Below are positions 28,953-42,400 of a stretch of DNA of 64,000 nucleotides, piece by piece. Position 1 is the first letter of the stretch. The number at the start of each line of letters is the position of its first letter. The stretch is from Lepidodermella squamata (taxonomy: Eukaryota; Animalia; Gastrotricha). The position numbers and the translations under genes were made by a program. The stretch covers positions 3,534,001-3,598,000 of the forward strand of contig JBLDXI010000001.1 in assembly GCA_047495785.1 (NCBI GenBank). The letters run 5' to 3'. The notes under the pieces were generated by a model. The model was given only the letters and a program-made list of their open reading frames with translations, had not been told where the DNA came from and did not search any database.

Positions 28953-29486
28953 CCCTTTCACGGCCGAATTTTATTTCAGCCAAGCAAAAAAATCGAATTT
29001 TCGAATTTTCTGGAAAATGAAAAACCTATTCAGAAAATCGACAACCGTATGCCAAACTAGGCACTTGGGCGCATAGTTCGCATCAGTTTCTGATTTCACT
29101 GAAAATTTCAGTCACCCTAGGTTTTTTTTTAAATAGATTCATCCGAATGAATTCATAGGATTCGTCAGCCAGGTTACTGTTTCACCAGTTTTAAGTCATA
29201 AAAACGGAATAAGTAGTCAATGGTACCCTGCCGGACACGGCTGTCCTAGTCAGATATAGGAGAAAAAAAATTCTGAAAAAAATAAGAAAAACACCCCTCG
29301 GTTTGAAATTATTAAATTGATCGCCTTCCGAGAAGCAACGGAATAATGAAATTTGGGTTTCAGATTCTTGAAGCCAACATCCAAAAGTAGTGCCGCAGAA
29401 AAGGAGACACAAAATTTCGACAAATTAAGCGAGCTGTGAGCATGCAAAGTCAGAATTCCGAAATCGTCCTTATGGCTATGAAAGGG
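28953..29486. mobile_element. Non-autonomous piggyBac-like element
   Basis: TTAA at 28949-28952 and 29487-29490 flank termini CCCTTTCAcgGCC / GGCtaTGAAAGGG (11/13 inverted match). TTAA target duplication with CCC...GGG ends is the piggyBac signature; no transposase. Confidence 0.72.
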
Positions 29487-29631
29487 TTAAAGTGTACCAC
29501 ATCTGAAAGCAGCCCGCAAATTTTGATGGGATTTAACCACAGATTGACCACTAAAAAGGTCATTTCAATTTCAATTTCGATGGACCAGAGTTTTCTCGCG
29601 CGAAAATTAGAAATTTTAATTTTGGATTATT

Positions 29632-30658
29632 TCGACGAATCGGATGGGTCTGAGTCGACGGGGCAAAAGGTCAATTTCCTAGCGACCCATTCTGGGAAGC
29701 AGCAGCTAAGCCCCGCCCCTTCGTCGTGCTTCGTTGTTGATTCAACGACTGGAATCGTAAAATTAGCCTGCGATTTGTCGAAGGTACCCTGGCGCAATGC
29801 CGTGGTCTATTTCACGGCTACAGACGGGCTGAACCGGGCGGAAGAGCCGGCTTTGCTGAATTTAACCATCGTCCCTAACGCTAGGACGCTAGTCGACATT
29901 CGCTGCCAGGCGAATTCGAAGCGGCCCCTGCTAACCCGGACGATTTTTGCCTCGTCGAAATTAGCCGCGGAGGAGCAGATGAATGAAACTTTGGCGAGTT
30001 CATTTTTAGGCCGCGGTGAAAATCTCCACTCGCCCGTCTTCGTCCAACCACCCTCGGTCGCTGTTGAAATTTTTGAAGATGCGGAAGTAGGGTCGGTTGT
30101 GCTTATCCTGAAGGCGGTTGATAACGACGTTGGGTTCAACGGTCTAGTGACGTATCAAATCGCCGAGGGCAACGACGGGTTCTACTTCAACATGTCAACA
30201 TTCACCGGCGAGTTGGTGCTAGCCCGGCCGTTGGATGCCGAAACTCGCGACTCATTCACGCTGCAAATCATCGCGTCAGACCTGGGTGAAATTCCGAGGA
30301 AAACGAAATTAACCATCGATTTGAAGGTTGATGACGTCAATGATGTTCGGCCGATTTTTCGCGAATCTAGCTATTCCGTCGAGGTTTCCGAGGCGTCGCC
30401 AGTCGGCACCCGCTTGCTAGTAGTTCGGGCTGAAGATTCGGACCGAGATGCGGAAAACGCACAAGTTCGTTATTCGCTACTTGGCGAGAATTCGCTGGAT
30501 AGCTACTTCACAATCGACCCTCTCGACGGTGTAGTCACCCTGAATCAGCCCCTAGATCGCGAGAAGGTTGCCTCGTATCGGCTGCAGGTGGTTGCGAGTG
30601 ATGGCAGCTACCTATCATTCGCTGATTATTTGTTTATCACAGTGACCGATATCGACGT
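29632..30658 (+). pseudogene. Inverted partial duplicate of Fat exon 2 (source ~20010-21033), about three cadherin repeats, reading frame intact inside the 417-aa ORF 29436-30689; functional status unknown
   Basis: Protein nearly identical to the Fat segment DESDGSESTG...SFAD (4 substitutions in the body, plus a diverged end). No signal peptide or TM segment, and homology begins and ends in mid-exon. Confidence 0.85.
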
Positions 30659-31201
30659 TAATTTGACGCAATTAACACGCGCACTCTAATAACGCGCACT
30701 AATGCTATGAAACAGCAACGCTATTTTATGTTTTATTGAAGGGTAATAAAACATCCCAAAGCGGCGCAGAATTCTAAAGAACTTGAGAATCCGCTTTGGG
30801 AGCGGAGGTGAAAGAATAAAGAATAAAGAAACGCAAACAAAGTTGAAAAACGACGATTTTTGACATCGAGTGCGAAGTGGCCTACATTCGATTATTATTA
30901 TTTACGATGCGGCTACAAAATGTCGAACAACAGCGTTCGAACGAGGGCAAAGAGATGCAAAATCTTTTTATAAATAATCATCAGCCGACGAGACGTCGAC
31001 TTCTACTACAACTACCGCACTACCGCACTACTATCTGTTTCTTTCAATCGAAGCGCATCAAATCATTGTTATTACAGTATGTGGGCGTACTTTGTTACTG
31101 ATATGTTGTAAATGTTGTTTAGAGAATAAGCAACATTACGGACGAGCGCCACCTTAATAACAGCTACCTTCATCCTTATAATAGCTGAAACAAAAGCTTT
31201 T

Positions 31202-31222
31202 CTGCTGCTGCTGCTGCTGCTG
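31202..31222. repeat. (CTG)7 microsatellite
   Basis: ctgctgctgctgctgctgctg read directly. Confidence 0.85.
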
Positions 31223-33115
31223 GCGTAACGGACTAGACAGTTTGCAACAACAGAAGCATCAACTAATTCGGTATATTTGCGCCGCGCCTCGGTACGTCGA
31301 GCCGGCCTTTTATTGAGTATAAGGTCAAGACTTCTGGTAAGTCGGTCACTAATAGCCGAGTGTAAGCTCTGAACAAAGACGTTGATTAGCGAATGATAAC
31401 GTTAATGATGATGATACCTACCTAGATGTAAAACGGGGCGTAATCCTAAAGAAAAACACCGAGGACATCATGATGTTCGTGATGGGTAAACATGGCGCGA
31501 TGGGGGAGACCCGGAACCACCGGGCTCATAATTCACACCAATCCTTGTTCGTTCATGCTGGGTCAAATTGGCCGTGCTAAATTGCGATTACTAAACAGCG
31601 GAAGCTATTCATTAAATAATTAGGCAAAATTGCAGACCAGTGCGCGATTTTGGGCAATCCTAATAATATTGCTGGTGATGCAACTTTTCAAGCCTGGTCA
31701 GGCGAGATTGACGAATGCAGAAAAAATCGCAGACGGCTATTGAAGTGGTTAACCTCAAAGGTATAAATTACAGAAAAATTATGAAGAAATTAATACGCCT
31801 GACGTGTATGAAAGAGAAAATAGACCTTATATTAGCCTTTCACCCAATTAATCAAATAAAAGGAAAAATGCCCAATAAAATTGCCAACAAAAGAAATAAA
31901 AATTCCGCCTTAAAATATAATTATTCCTTGAATTTAGAACTTAGACATTTTGGATAAAAATAAATAAAAATCCCACCTTAAAATATAGCAACTCATAGTT
32001 AAATTTCAAGTAAAAAGCCGCAAATTGGCCGGAATTTCAAATGTTTCAACTGTTAGAATCAAACGAGACGCATACTCTAGAAAAAAAACTAGAAAATGGA
32101 CAATTTGTGATCGAATGGTAGAATCCGTTTTGGGAGAAAGTAGAAGGAAGAATAAAGAAAAGGTCTGTTTTTCTCGAATTTTTCATTCTGCCGGCTTTTG
32201 TCTTACCAGCTGTCGTTAGAGAACCGAAGAACAAGGGCGGCGGCGATGATGATGTCAAAGGACCGAACATAAGCTCGGCATCACGCCCAAGAGCAGGTGC
32301 TAGCTAGGCAGAGTTCCAAAGCCGAGCAAACAGTGGTAATAAAACACGACCCTGGCGGCGGTGATAAACAATAAATAAATAGAACACCGGCAATTAATAA
32401 CCGGATAAGAGGAAGTTACGCGAGAAAATAATAATACCTACAATAATAGAAGAGCACAAAAAGTCAGTTGTGGCGGCAAAACCGAACATGATGATGATGC
32501 TGCGTTACGTTTGTTGATGCTGTTGATCTAACTCGCGGCAGATGTTGTGGTTAGTGGTCACATCTTTTCTTCTCCTATACTTTGGTCAAGAATTCTTGCC
32601 TACCTAGACATAAGAAAGTGTAGTTGATACCCCACCTATTAAATAGATATCAGCTCAACTATAAATAATGATGATGGGCGACGTGAATTGAATAATACCG
32701 CTCATCAATTGTTGTCTTATTTTAGCAACGGCGCGTCTTGATGACAATAATAATAAAACTATCGTATACAGAAAATTGGTCGCAGAAAATAAATAACATC
32801 GGTTATAATACCTATATATGATGTCTTAATGTGCGTGGTGCCTCAATTCCAAATTATTAGTGCCGCAAAAATTATTTGCTGTCGGGCTAGATGCGATGAT
32901 ACCAACAACAAACCCGCGATTGAATTAGCGTCGAATTGAAAAACACTTGTTAATTTACCTAGAAAAATAACAACTTTTTATAGTGAAAAAATTAGCCATG
33001 TCGTCGTTGTCGTCAATGGGCTTGCGGCTAAAATAGAAAAATTGGCTATGAATACAGACAGGCCACAAGACAAGTGCGCTGGTGTGTATTCAACAAATGT
33101 TTTACCAGTTGTTGC

Positions 33116-33608
33116 CTTGTGAGTAATATAGAGGAGATGAAGCTTGCGCGCGCGCACACGCAATTGTATAGGGCTATTGTGCGACCAGCGCGCTGTATGA
33201 TTTACTGATCTAAAAAGTGGGGTTTGGTTTTCTTGAGGTAACTTTTTTGTTATAAGGAATTTCGGAGAAATTTTTGCAGATTCGAAAAATTCGACTCAAA
33301 ATACGGTCGCTCATGTTTTTATTTTTTCAATTAAGTTTACTGCAACTAAGCGCTGGGCGTCTGAAAAAGGGTCATTTTAGCTAGATTTTGTGATTTTTCG
33401 ACGTTTGAGCTCGAGCGCTCAAATTTGGCAAGAGATAATTCTAAAAATGAAAACATGAGCGACTGTATTTTGAGTCGAGCTTTCCGAATCTGCAAAAATC
33501 TCTCCGAAATTCCTTATAGCAAAAAAGTTACCTCAAGAAAACGTGCGCGGTCGCATAGCTCTCGCTGTGTGCGCGCGCAAGCTTCATCTCCTCTATATTA
33601 CTCACAAG
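33116..33608. mobile_element. Foldback/MITE with long inverted arms and 8-bp target site duplication
   Basis: Perfect ~40-bp TIR CTTGTGAGTAATATAGAGGAGATGAAGCTTGCGCGCGCACAC, a second ~95-bp inner inverted pair (33229-33325 / 33443-33540), and direct repeat GTTGTTGC at 33108-33115 and 33609-33616. An 8-bp TSD fits hAT, P or Merlin. Confidence 0.85.
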
Positions 33609-36195
33609 GTTGTTGCTGTCGATTTTGAGCTAATAATAGGGGTCGTAACACGAGCAGGAAGAAACGTGAAAATTTTAGCACGTGTAATGATTATTGCTGG
33701 TTACTTACTGGAGAGTGGGTTCATTCGAAAACCGAACGAACGAAACGCGATACAAACGTGCACGAACACGTTTTTGGGTTCGGAGTGTATGTATGCGATT
33801 ATGCAATGCAAGTATAGAACAACAACCTGCTGCGAGAGAGCCGACGGCGGCGGCGCTATGTTGCGTCATAGCTTAGGCAAATAAGTACGTGAATTTGTGA
33901 ATGGGCCGCCCGCCCTGCGCGCAAGGAACCGCGAGTGGAGAGCGAGCAGGCGTCGAGTGAGGGCGCGAGACAGACCGCGCGCCTCTTGACCTGACCTTAG
34001 TGAGCTAATATAAAACCGTCAAAAAATTACAAAATTGCGATATTTCGATCAATTGATGCAAAGATTTTTGATAATACAGCAGAAATACGCGAATTCCACG
34101 CTTCCCTTACAATTATAAGTCTGATAAGCTTGAGGATAGTTCAACGGCGCCTGAATTCTGGAAAATTTAACAAAACCGATTATTTTTAAAATTATCGATT
34201 TAAAATTTGATTTCGATCTCCGCTCCTACATTTGCGATTTAGGGAAGAAGGCATGAGGCAATTCTACAAAACGATTTCAAATCGAGTAAAAGGAACTAAA
34301 AAAATCCCGAAATTCTACTAAAATTTCTCTCCAAACAGTTGACATGTACATAATATTCTAAGGTAACGTTCCGAGAGAATAAAAAACATGACTCATTGTT
34401 TATAAATGGGACTCATGTATCAATCGGTATTGTTGTTAGAACGCGCAAGGTCGAGCTCCGCTCCAAGGATTCTTTTCTGCGGTTTCTTGAACAATTTTTC
34501 TGGACATTATTCGATAATTTGGACTTCTTGACTTGGAAATAAATTTCAAAGTTATTTAAAAAAACCAGCTCATCTCGAAAAAAATATTAAAAAAAAATCA
34601 TCAAGCGCCATGGAAATAAACCAATTGCCGCAAAAATTCAAAATTTTCTAGCACACATTTTTTGCAAAACACGGCCTTGTTGTAGATGTTTTCAGGGGCC
34701 GGAATCTGGCTATATGGCATTCATTTAGAACTCAAACCCCGTTAAAAAAAATCTGGTAAAAATGGGTTAAACGACAAAAGCGGTAAAACCCCGACAAAAT
34801 ATGAAAATCGTTCATTTCGGTTTACATATATTTCTCACTAGCATTTTAGCATCTTATTAGTTCCTAAAACGGGAGACGTGGGGCCGGATAGGTTTTCTAA
34901 TTTTCTGAGCGAATTAAAATTTCGAATTTCGAAGTGAGAAGAAATCGATGCAGAAAGTTCAACTGCTATCGATTGTTATGGTGTAGATTGAATCGTGGTT
35001 TAAATGGTTGGGAAGGAATGTCGTATGAGTATGTCGTATGAGTTTACCTGGAACAGAAAGGGCTAAGGAGTGGGCTATTTTCCCCATCTCAAAATCACTG
35101 AGCTATAATTGGCCATTCTTATTTTCGCGCATTATGACATGGGTCACTGCGCAATGTTGTTGTTGTCGCGAAAATAGCGATGATTCATTACAATACTATA
35201 ATGTATCAGATTTTTGCCGGCCGGGCAGAAGTGACAGCGCGCAGTAGGTAGGTAAGCCTAAAAAGCTGGTAATTTGGTAATGGTAATTTGGCGTGTTGCG
35301 GTTGTATTTGCTGGCGGAAACGCAAATAGCATAGTGTTATTTTCGAGACCTCTTCACACGCCGGCGATTATCTTCACGATAATAGGGGGCCAGCTCATGG
35401 TACCTTTCTGTGGCGCGTATCACCTCGGTAAAAATAAACAAGCCATTTTTCTGGCTAATAACACTTCTCATTCTACTCTTCCTACCTATCTTACGGCTAC
35501 AACCAAAACATACGATTGAGAAAAACAGTGCGCTAATTTTTCCTGTGATATCTACCGATATATACATGAAACGAACATCAATCGAAGCGTGACCACTCGC
35601 ATCATAGCAGAAACAATATTTTTTCAATAATAACTATACACATGGCGGTGGGGAAAAAACAAAACAAAGTATTAAGGCATGTATCAATGAAAAATCGCGG
35701 CTATCAATTTTTCGGAAATAAACACACGCGCCGTAAAATGATAAAACAGCCGTCTTACCGCGTTATTTACGATCGCCAAGTTGATTCAGGCGAGAGAGAT
35801 AGAGCGAGCGTAGAAAACAAAATCGCGCTCAGCCAGTCATCAATCAGCGCCGATTATCTTTCAACGCTATATTACAATCGCTATAACCTGGCCAGATGAT
35901 GTATGTAACGATTTTTTTGGCCTAGGGGTGGGAAAACGGCCAATACAAAATTAGTCCGATAAAAGATACGATATTTCAGTAGTAAGTAAATCCAGAAACG
36001 AAACGAAAAAATTGCGGAAAATATATATAGTCGCTGAAATTGCGAATAAAGCATCAGGTGAGTTTTTTAAGCGAGTGCGAAAATATCATTATTTTTTTAA
36101 GGCCAATATCTAAAAGGTTGCACTGAGGCTAATTCTGAGTAATGGATGCATGGACGGAGATGAAATGATCGAGATGGACGCGGCCGATATTATAA

Positions 36196-37211
36196 GAGTA
36201 TGTTATCATACAAGCTCTCGGCGATAGCTGCTCGTGCTGAATTTTATCTGACGAGGCGTCAGCCGAGTCAATAAAATTCCGACGAGGCGCCAGCCGAGTC
36301 CCAAAAAGACGAGGCGTAGCCGAGTCGGGGCACGAGCGGCTATTGCAGAGAGCGAGGATGCATAACAATTCGTATACAACACCAGATGTTGATAGCTTGA
36401 CGATTTAAAAATGTTTTCTGAGTATCAGGTGAAGTTGCAATATTTACCAACAATTGTCGCCAAAATTCTGTTTGTAGTGTAACATCAGGTTAAAAAACAA
36501 CACCTGATGCTGCTCGCGAATTTCGAAGCCTCTTTGTTTCTTCATTTTATTTTGCAAAATTTGTTGGTCGATGCAAATTCAATTTCCAGGACTAAACACT
36601 AAGCAAAAGGTACTGGCCAAGCTTTCCCGCAATAAGACAAATAGGCAAGAAGCTGCGTTTAGAGAGCTCCAACAAAATAAAAAGTAATCGTCAATTTGAA
36701 AATTCACAGCGAAAATTCACCAAGATTTCGAGGGTGACTCAAAATTCCAGATGAATACTAAAAAATTATTAACCTCGGCTGCGCCTCGGGAAATGGCTCG
36801 GTTACACCTCGCCGAATTCATTGGGCCTTGCGGCCCATGTTGGTGCAACATCATTTTCTTGTTTTCAGCCTATTTCCCGCTAAATTTTTTGATAAATTGC
36901 AAAGTAATAAATTTACAACTTATCAGGTTTTTACGACCCCATCTAAATTACTTATCAGGCTTACGGCACCATCATCTAAATTACTTATCGGTTTTATGAC
37001 CCCTTCTAAATTACTTATTTATCTGCATTGAGCTCAAAATTTCAGTAACGATAAATTTTATCCACTCTAACGATCTCTATTTTTAGTAACATTCTGGCGC
37101 CTCAGCAAACACAGGTGTCACCAGCCTGTGAAATAACAATTTCCTAGCATTTTATCATTTTTGGGACGCTAATGCAAAGAGTCAGGCGATCAACAGGTGG
37201 TGTAGTATACG
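36196..37211. repeat. ~1-kb dispersed repeat, copy 1 (inverted relative to 55355-56332)
   Basis: Aligns in reverse complement to 55355-56332. Contains three GACGAGGCG(T/C)..GCCGAGTC mini-hairpins (36250-36326), CCTCGGCTGCGCCTCGG, and a short tandem array of CTAAATTACTTAT (36940-37020). Confidence 0.85.
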
Positions 37212-39381
37212 GTATTGCAAACAAACATAAAAGAAGTGACCACATTGCAGGTCGCTAAAAATTGATAACTTTGAAAGCGTATATTTTCGATGAGAAGGCC
37301 CGTTTCTAACTCGATACGGCCAAGTGATAAGGCCCTTTGATTAGAAAAATTAACAAAAATAAATTCACTCACCAGGCCTGGAAAAACATAGAAAAAATTG
37401 CACTGAAAGAAAGGGAGAAAGTTGGGACTCTAATTTGGTTCACACAAAAATTTCACAAAAATTCAAAGTTTTATTGATGAATCACTATTTTTCTATTGTA
37501 TCGAAGCAACTGTTCGAGATTTGAAATAATGGCATTATTTGTTGGCAGCGTGAAATCGCACGGCCATCGATAGTTAATAAGTATAATAAATCTTTTTGCA
37601 GTCGCGCGCGGCAATTCATCGCCACGCGCGATTTTGACCGTTTTGCGATAATCACATTATAAAACGTCGGCCATTCTTCGAGACGCTACTGCACTGCGCG
37701 TGTTATATGTGTGTCTGCGAAATCGCGTCGCGCGCCGGCGCCGCTGATTTGCCACCTCGCTTTCGTAAAATGATGATGCGCTGCGATTTCGATTTGTTCA
37801 TGTCTACAAAGTCGACACTCCCGCCCGCCCTCCGTTCACATCAATTTTTGTTGTTGTCTCTGTTGTTGGCGCGGCGCGAGACGACGTGCACTCATCTTGA
37901 CGCCGGGCTGGCTGCTTGCACTATAATTATGATTTTCAAGCATTAATGCAATGTAAAACAAAATCATTTTATTAATATTCGACAAGTTTCTGCAATGGTC
38001 GAATCAAATCGGCTGTATATAATTCAAATCCCAGTGCTATTCATGTGTCACCAGAGCAGCAGAGTTTCAGTGCGGCGTTATCAGGAGAACCTTGCTCATA
38101 AAATTTATATTTTTTTCAGGTTTCAAGTATTTCAGTAACCATTTTATTAAAAAAGCTGATAATAATGTACAACATGACCTTGAGGAACTGAAAAAGCTTC
38201 GCCTCGGTAACCCGTAACAATTTTAAGGATATCCATTAGATCAGGAAAGTGTCCAAACATTTGCATCACTAAAATTTCGGTTCCAGGTTCCAGTTTTTTT
38301 AAATGTAAGGGTCCTAGCTGGCTCTAATGTCGTCTTCATCTTCTCTTGATGGATGCTAATACACCCAAGGACACTGGATATTTAAATTTAATTAACTACC
38401 CTGGTACCACCAGCTTGGTAGAAACACCATATTTTTCACCGTTGACTTTCAAGACAGCTGACATCGGATAAATCATCTGAATTCGTTCGAAATTCTGGAA
38501 AGACGTTAACTTGAATAAACTGTCATGTCAGAGCTGCGCAAACGGCATGGGAGATAATTTCTGTCAGAAGCGTTTTGGTGTTTACAAATTGGAATGTTCT
38601 ATGTGGGCATGACTGGTCGGTCCATAGCGATGAGTATCCCTGCTAAATCACCCTCGCCTCCTTACTCTAAAGCTAGTATCTACGAACCAGTGAATCTCAT
38701 TGAACCCAAGTTAGCTGAGAATATTTACATAAAAAGTCTAAGCCAACCCTAAATAATAAGGGCACGAAATGCGTGAAGGATGTCTCAAATGAACCGACTG
38801 CATGATTGATCCTCGCCTTTATTTTAAATGTATAAATGTTTTGAAAAAAGTCTGATGATGACCTTATTTTTCCAAAAATTTATAGCTAATATTTTTTCTC
38901 AGATGAAAAAAATAACTAATAAAAATTCAATGGAAGATTTTGGTGACCTTTGAACATCCGAAAAGGGTGATCCGAAGCTTATGAAAAAAATTCTCAGGTA
39001 AGCGATGACACGAAATTGACCTACTTGTTATTTGTATACTTTCAACCAAGCGTCATTTCATTCATATAAACTTTTATTACAGCCAAACATGTTTTATAAT
39101 TGAATAAGGAATATTAGCTGGCACTCGAGCGGAGAATGTCTCCCAATATTCTATTATTACTGCAATAGCTTAATGTTAGAATTCGGTCAAATTTCCAGTT
39201 TGGAGAATTTTTTGCATGTAGCGAACATCGTGATACGGTCAGGAAAATGTTCTTAACCCCATACGTAACACGACAAAATTTGACCAAATAGCCTGAGTTC
39301 TAAGTTCATAACATCGCATTTAATGCGCGAGAAAAAAATTTACGACAAAAAAATAACCTGAGCCACAGACAGACACCTGCC

Positions 39382-39388
39382 TATAAAA
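39382..39388 (+). promoter_or_regulatory. TATA box of ABCB1 copy A
   Basis: TATAAAA ~45 nt before the ATG, in context GACAGACACCTGCCTATAAAAA conserved exactly upstream of copy B. Confidence 0.6.
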
Positions 39389-39430
39389 AGGCCGCGCTCA
39401 CGCCTAAACTTACACTTTCCTCGTAACAAA

Positions 39431-42400
39431 ATGACTATTTCCAATGATACTTCCGAACAACAGGGTAACTCAAAATCAGGCGATGCTGGTAATCTTTCAA
39501 GCAAAGATTCAGCCGGAAAGCAGCCAAGTAGCAAACGCAGTTATGGATATTTCCACATGCTGCGTTACGCCGATGCCTGGGACGTCATCATGATGTTTAT
39601 CGGCGTTTTACTCGCCCTCGGCCAGGGCGCCGCCCTTCCAGCAGCCTTGATATATTTTGGCAAAATCCTAAACGTGATGATAACTTACTCGCCATGCTGG
39701 GATGAACTGAAAGCGCACTACTCCAACGCAACGAACAACGCAACAACGATGATTCCAAGTTCGACAGACATTGTAGAAGACAAATTAAAAAACTACGACA
39801 CCTCAATTCTGGCTGGAAAGTCTTTGATGGATGTAGTAGGACCATTATGCGGCTGGTACGCCTTGATCGGAGCTGGTATGTTTCTAGCTGGATCCATTCA
39901 CTGCACCCTTTGGACGATAGCTGGCCAGCGTCAGATCCATCGCATTCGCACAAAGCTTTTCCGGGCCATTCTATCGAAGAACACAACTTGGTTTGACGAT
40001 CATCGCAGCGGATCCCTAAACCACATCCTGTTCGAGTAAGGTCCAATTCTCAAAATACCACAAATACTTATTTCTTTTACATGAAATCGCAGGCAAATTC
40101 GAAAGATGGAAGACGGCATGTGTTCTAATGTATCGCTGACTCTTTCATGGCTGGGAACCTGCATTAGTGGTTACATTGTCGCTTTTGCCACTGATTGGCT
40201 CGTTTCGATAGTGATCTTTGCGCTGGTTCCGCTCATGTTCCTCGTATCCTTCGCCATGATCAAGCTCATACGAACTTACAGCGTGAAGCAATCGCAAGCT
40301 TACAGCGATGCCGGATCCATCGCAAGCGAAGTGATCAACAGTGTTAGAACAGTACTGGCTTTCAACAGGCAAGAATACGAGGTTAATCGGTACAGAGGAC
40401 ATTTACACCAATCGCGCCGCATGGGTATGATCAAAACAATGTCCAGTGGAGTTGGCCAAGGCTTGTTGCATCTTATCCTCAATTCGATGGGAGCCCTGGC
40501 GTTTTGGTGGGGCAATGAGTAAGTTTTTCTAAGCATTTATTTTTTAGCTAAAACTCCATAAATTTATCAGTCCACGTGTTTCTCAAGCCGGTGGCAGCGT
40601 CATGTCCATCATATTTTGCATGATTATCGGAACAATGGCCCTTGCGAACGCTTCACCCAACTTCGAAGTCATCGCGACAGCAATTGGCGCAGCTGCTGAA
40701 GTTTTAGGCCTAATTGACGATACGTCAGACATCGACAATTTTTCCGAACAAGGGCGTAAACCCGAAAGAACCCTGGGCAACATTGAGTTTCAAAATGTTG
40801 CATTCTCATATCCATCTCGGCCTGATAAGCAGATTCTCAAGTCTCTGAACCTAAAGGTCGAACGAGGGAAAACTGTCGCGCTTGTTGGGCCATCAGGGTG
40901 TGGCAAATCAACTACCATTCAAATGTTGCTCAGGTTCTACGACGCGACTGGTGGCAAAGTAACGCTCGATGGAATAGATATCAAGGACCTGAACATCCGT
41001 TGGCTACGTCGGCAGATCGGCTTGGTCAGCCAGGAGCCAGTCCTTTTCAACTTGACATTGCGGGAAAACATTCGTCTTGGAGCTCTCGATCAGGAGAATG
41101 TATCAGACGAGCAAATAATAGAAGCTGCCAAGCTGGCGAATGCCCACAATTTCATTAGTACGCTGCCAGAAGGATACGACACGATGGTCGGCGAGAGGGG
41201 CGCTCAGTTGTCTGGTGGTCAGAAGCAGCGTATCGCAATCGCCCGAGCTTTAGTTTCCAACCCTAAAATATTGGTCCTCGATGAGGCAACCAGCGCCTTG
41301 GATACAGCTAGCGAAAAAGTTGTGCAAGAAGCCCTTGACAAGGCTCGAGTTGGGCGTACAACCTTGGTGATCGCTCATCGCCTGTCCACAATTCAAAACG
41401 CTGACGTTATTTGTGTTATCGATGGCGGAGTTGTAGCTGAGTTGGGAAATCACGAAGCTCTAGTGAAACAGCATGGATTGTACCATCGTCTAGTCCATAG
41501 TCAGCAAAGTGAAGAAAAGGATGAAGAGGACGATACAGTTGACGTCGATCAAGTTGTCGTGGCTTCGGACTACAACGAACACCAAGACCTGAGGCACTCA
41601 TCAAAAAATCGGAAAAGCACACAAAAATCGATTCGAAAATCCCTTCGAGCTTCTGCCCGAGGTGCTGCGCCAAAATCTGAGCATGAGTTGGAGGAAGGTA
41701 AATCAGCTGGGGATGAAGGTGATGGATCAGGGAAGAAAGATTCGCCGAACTCTGAGCCAGGGGCGTTCAAACTCATGGGTGCGGTGATGAATTGGAGCCG
41801 GCCTGAGCTCGGCTACATTATTGTATGCTGCATGATCGCTGTGTTGACGGGGGGAGTTCAGCCAGGATTCAGCATTATCATATCGGAATTTTTGGGGAAC
41901 TTCTGCCCAAATGACAACAAGAAAACTTTCGACATGCTGATTGGGGTGACAGTTGCTCTCGGAGTTGTTCACACTATTTTGCTGTCCTTGGAGCATTGGC
42001 TATTTGCTATAATTGGAGAGAGACTAACTGAACGAATGCGATGCAAAGTTCTTGGTAAAATTCTCCGCATGGACGCTGCTTGGCTCGACAGACAAGAAAA
42101 TCAGCCGTCCACTCTTACAACAATTTTGGCAACAGATTGTCTCGATATTCAAGGCGTGAGTTATTCTGCGAAAATTCTCTAACAAAATCAATTACTTTTA
42201 TAAAAAAACAGATTTCGGGCATTCGCATCAGCGTCAACATTACGACATTCGTTATTCTGGGCATTGCCGTAATCTATTCCCTCGTGCTAGAGTACCGCGT
42301 TGCCTTAGCTCTTCTCGGACTAATGCCTTTCATCGTTATCGCAACGGTGGCCTACGCTCGTTTCACTGTTCAAGGTTCGCAGGCAAACAAAGGCTCCAGC

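Noticed and set aside
36240-36330. Three spaced GACGAGGCG..GCCGAGTC repeats that look CRISPR-like
   Set aside because: Spacers are only ~10 nt, the context is eukaryotic, there are no cas genes, and they are part of a dispersed repeat.
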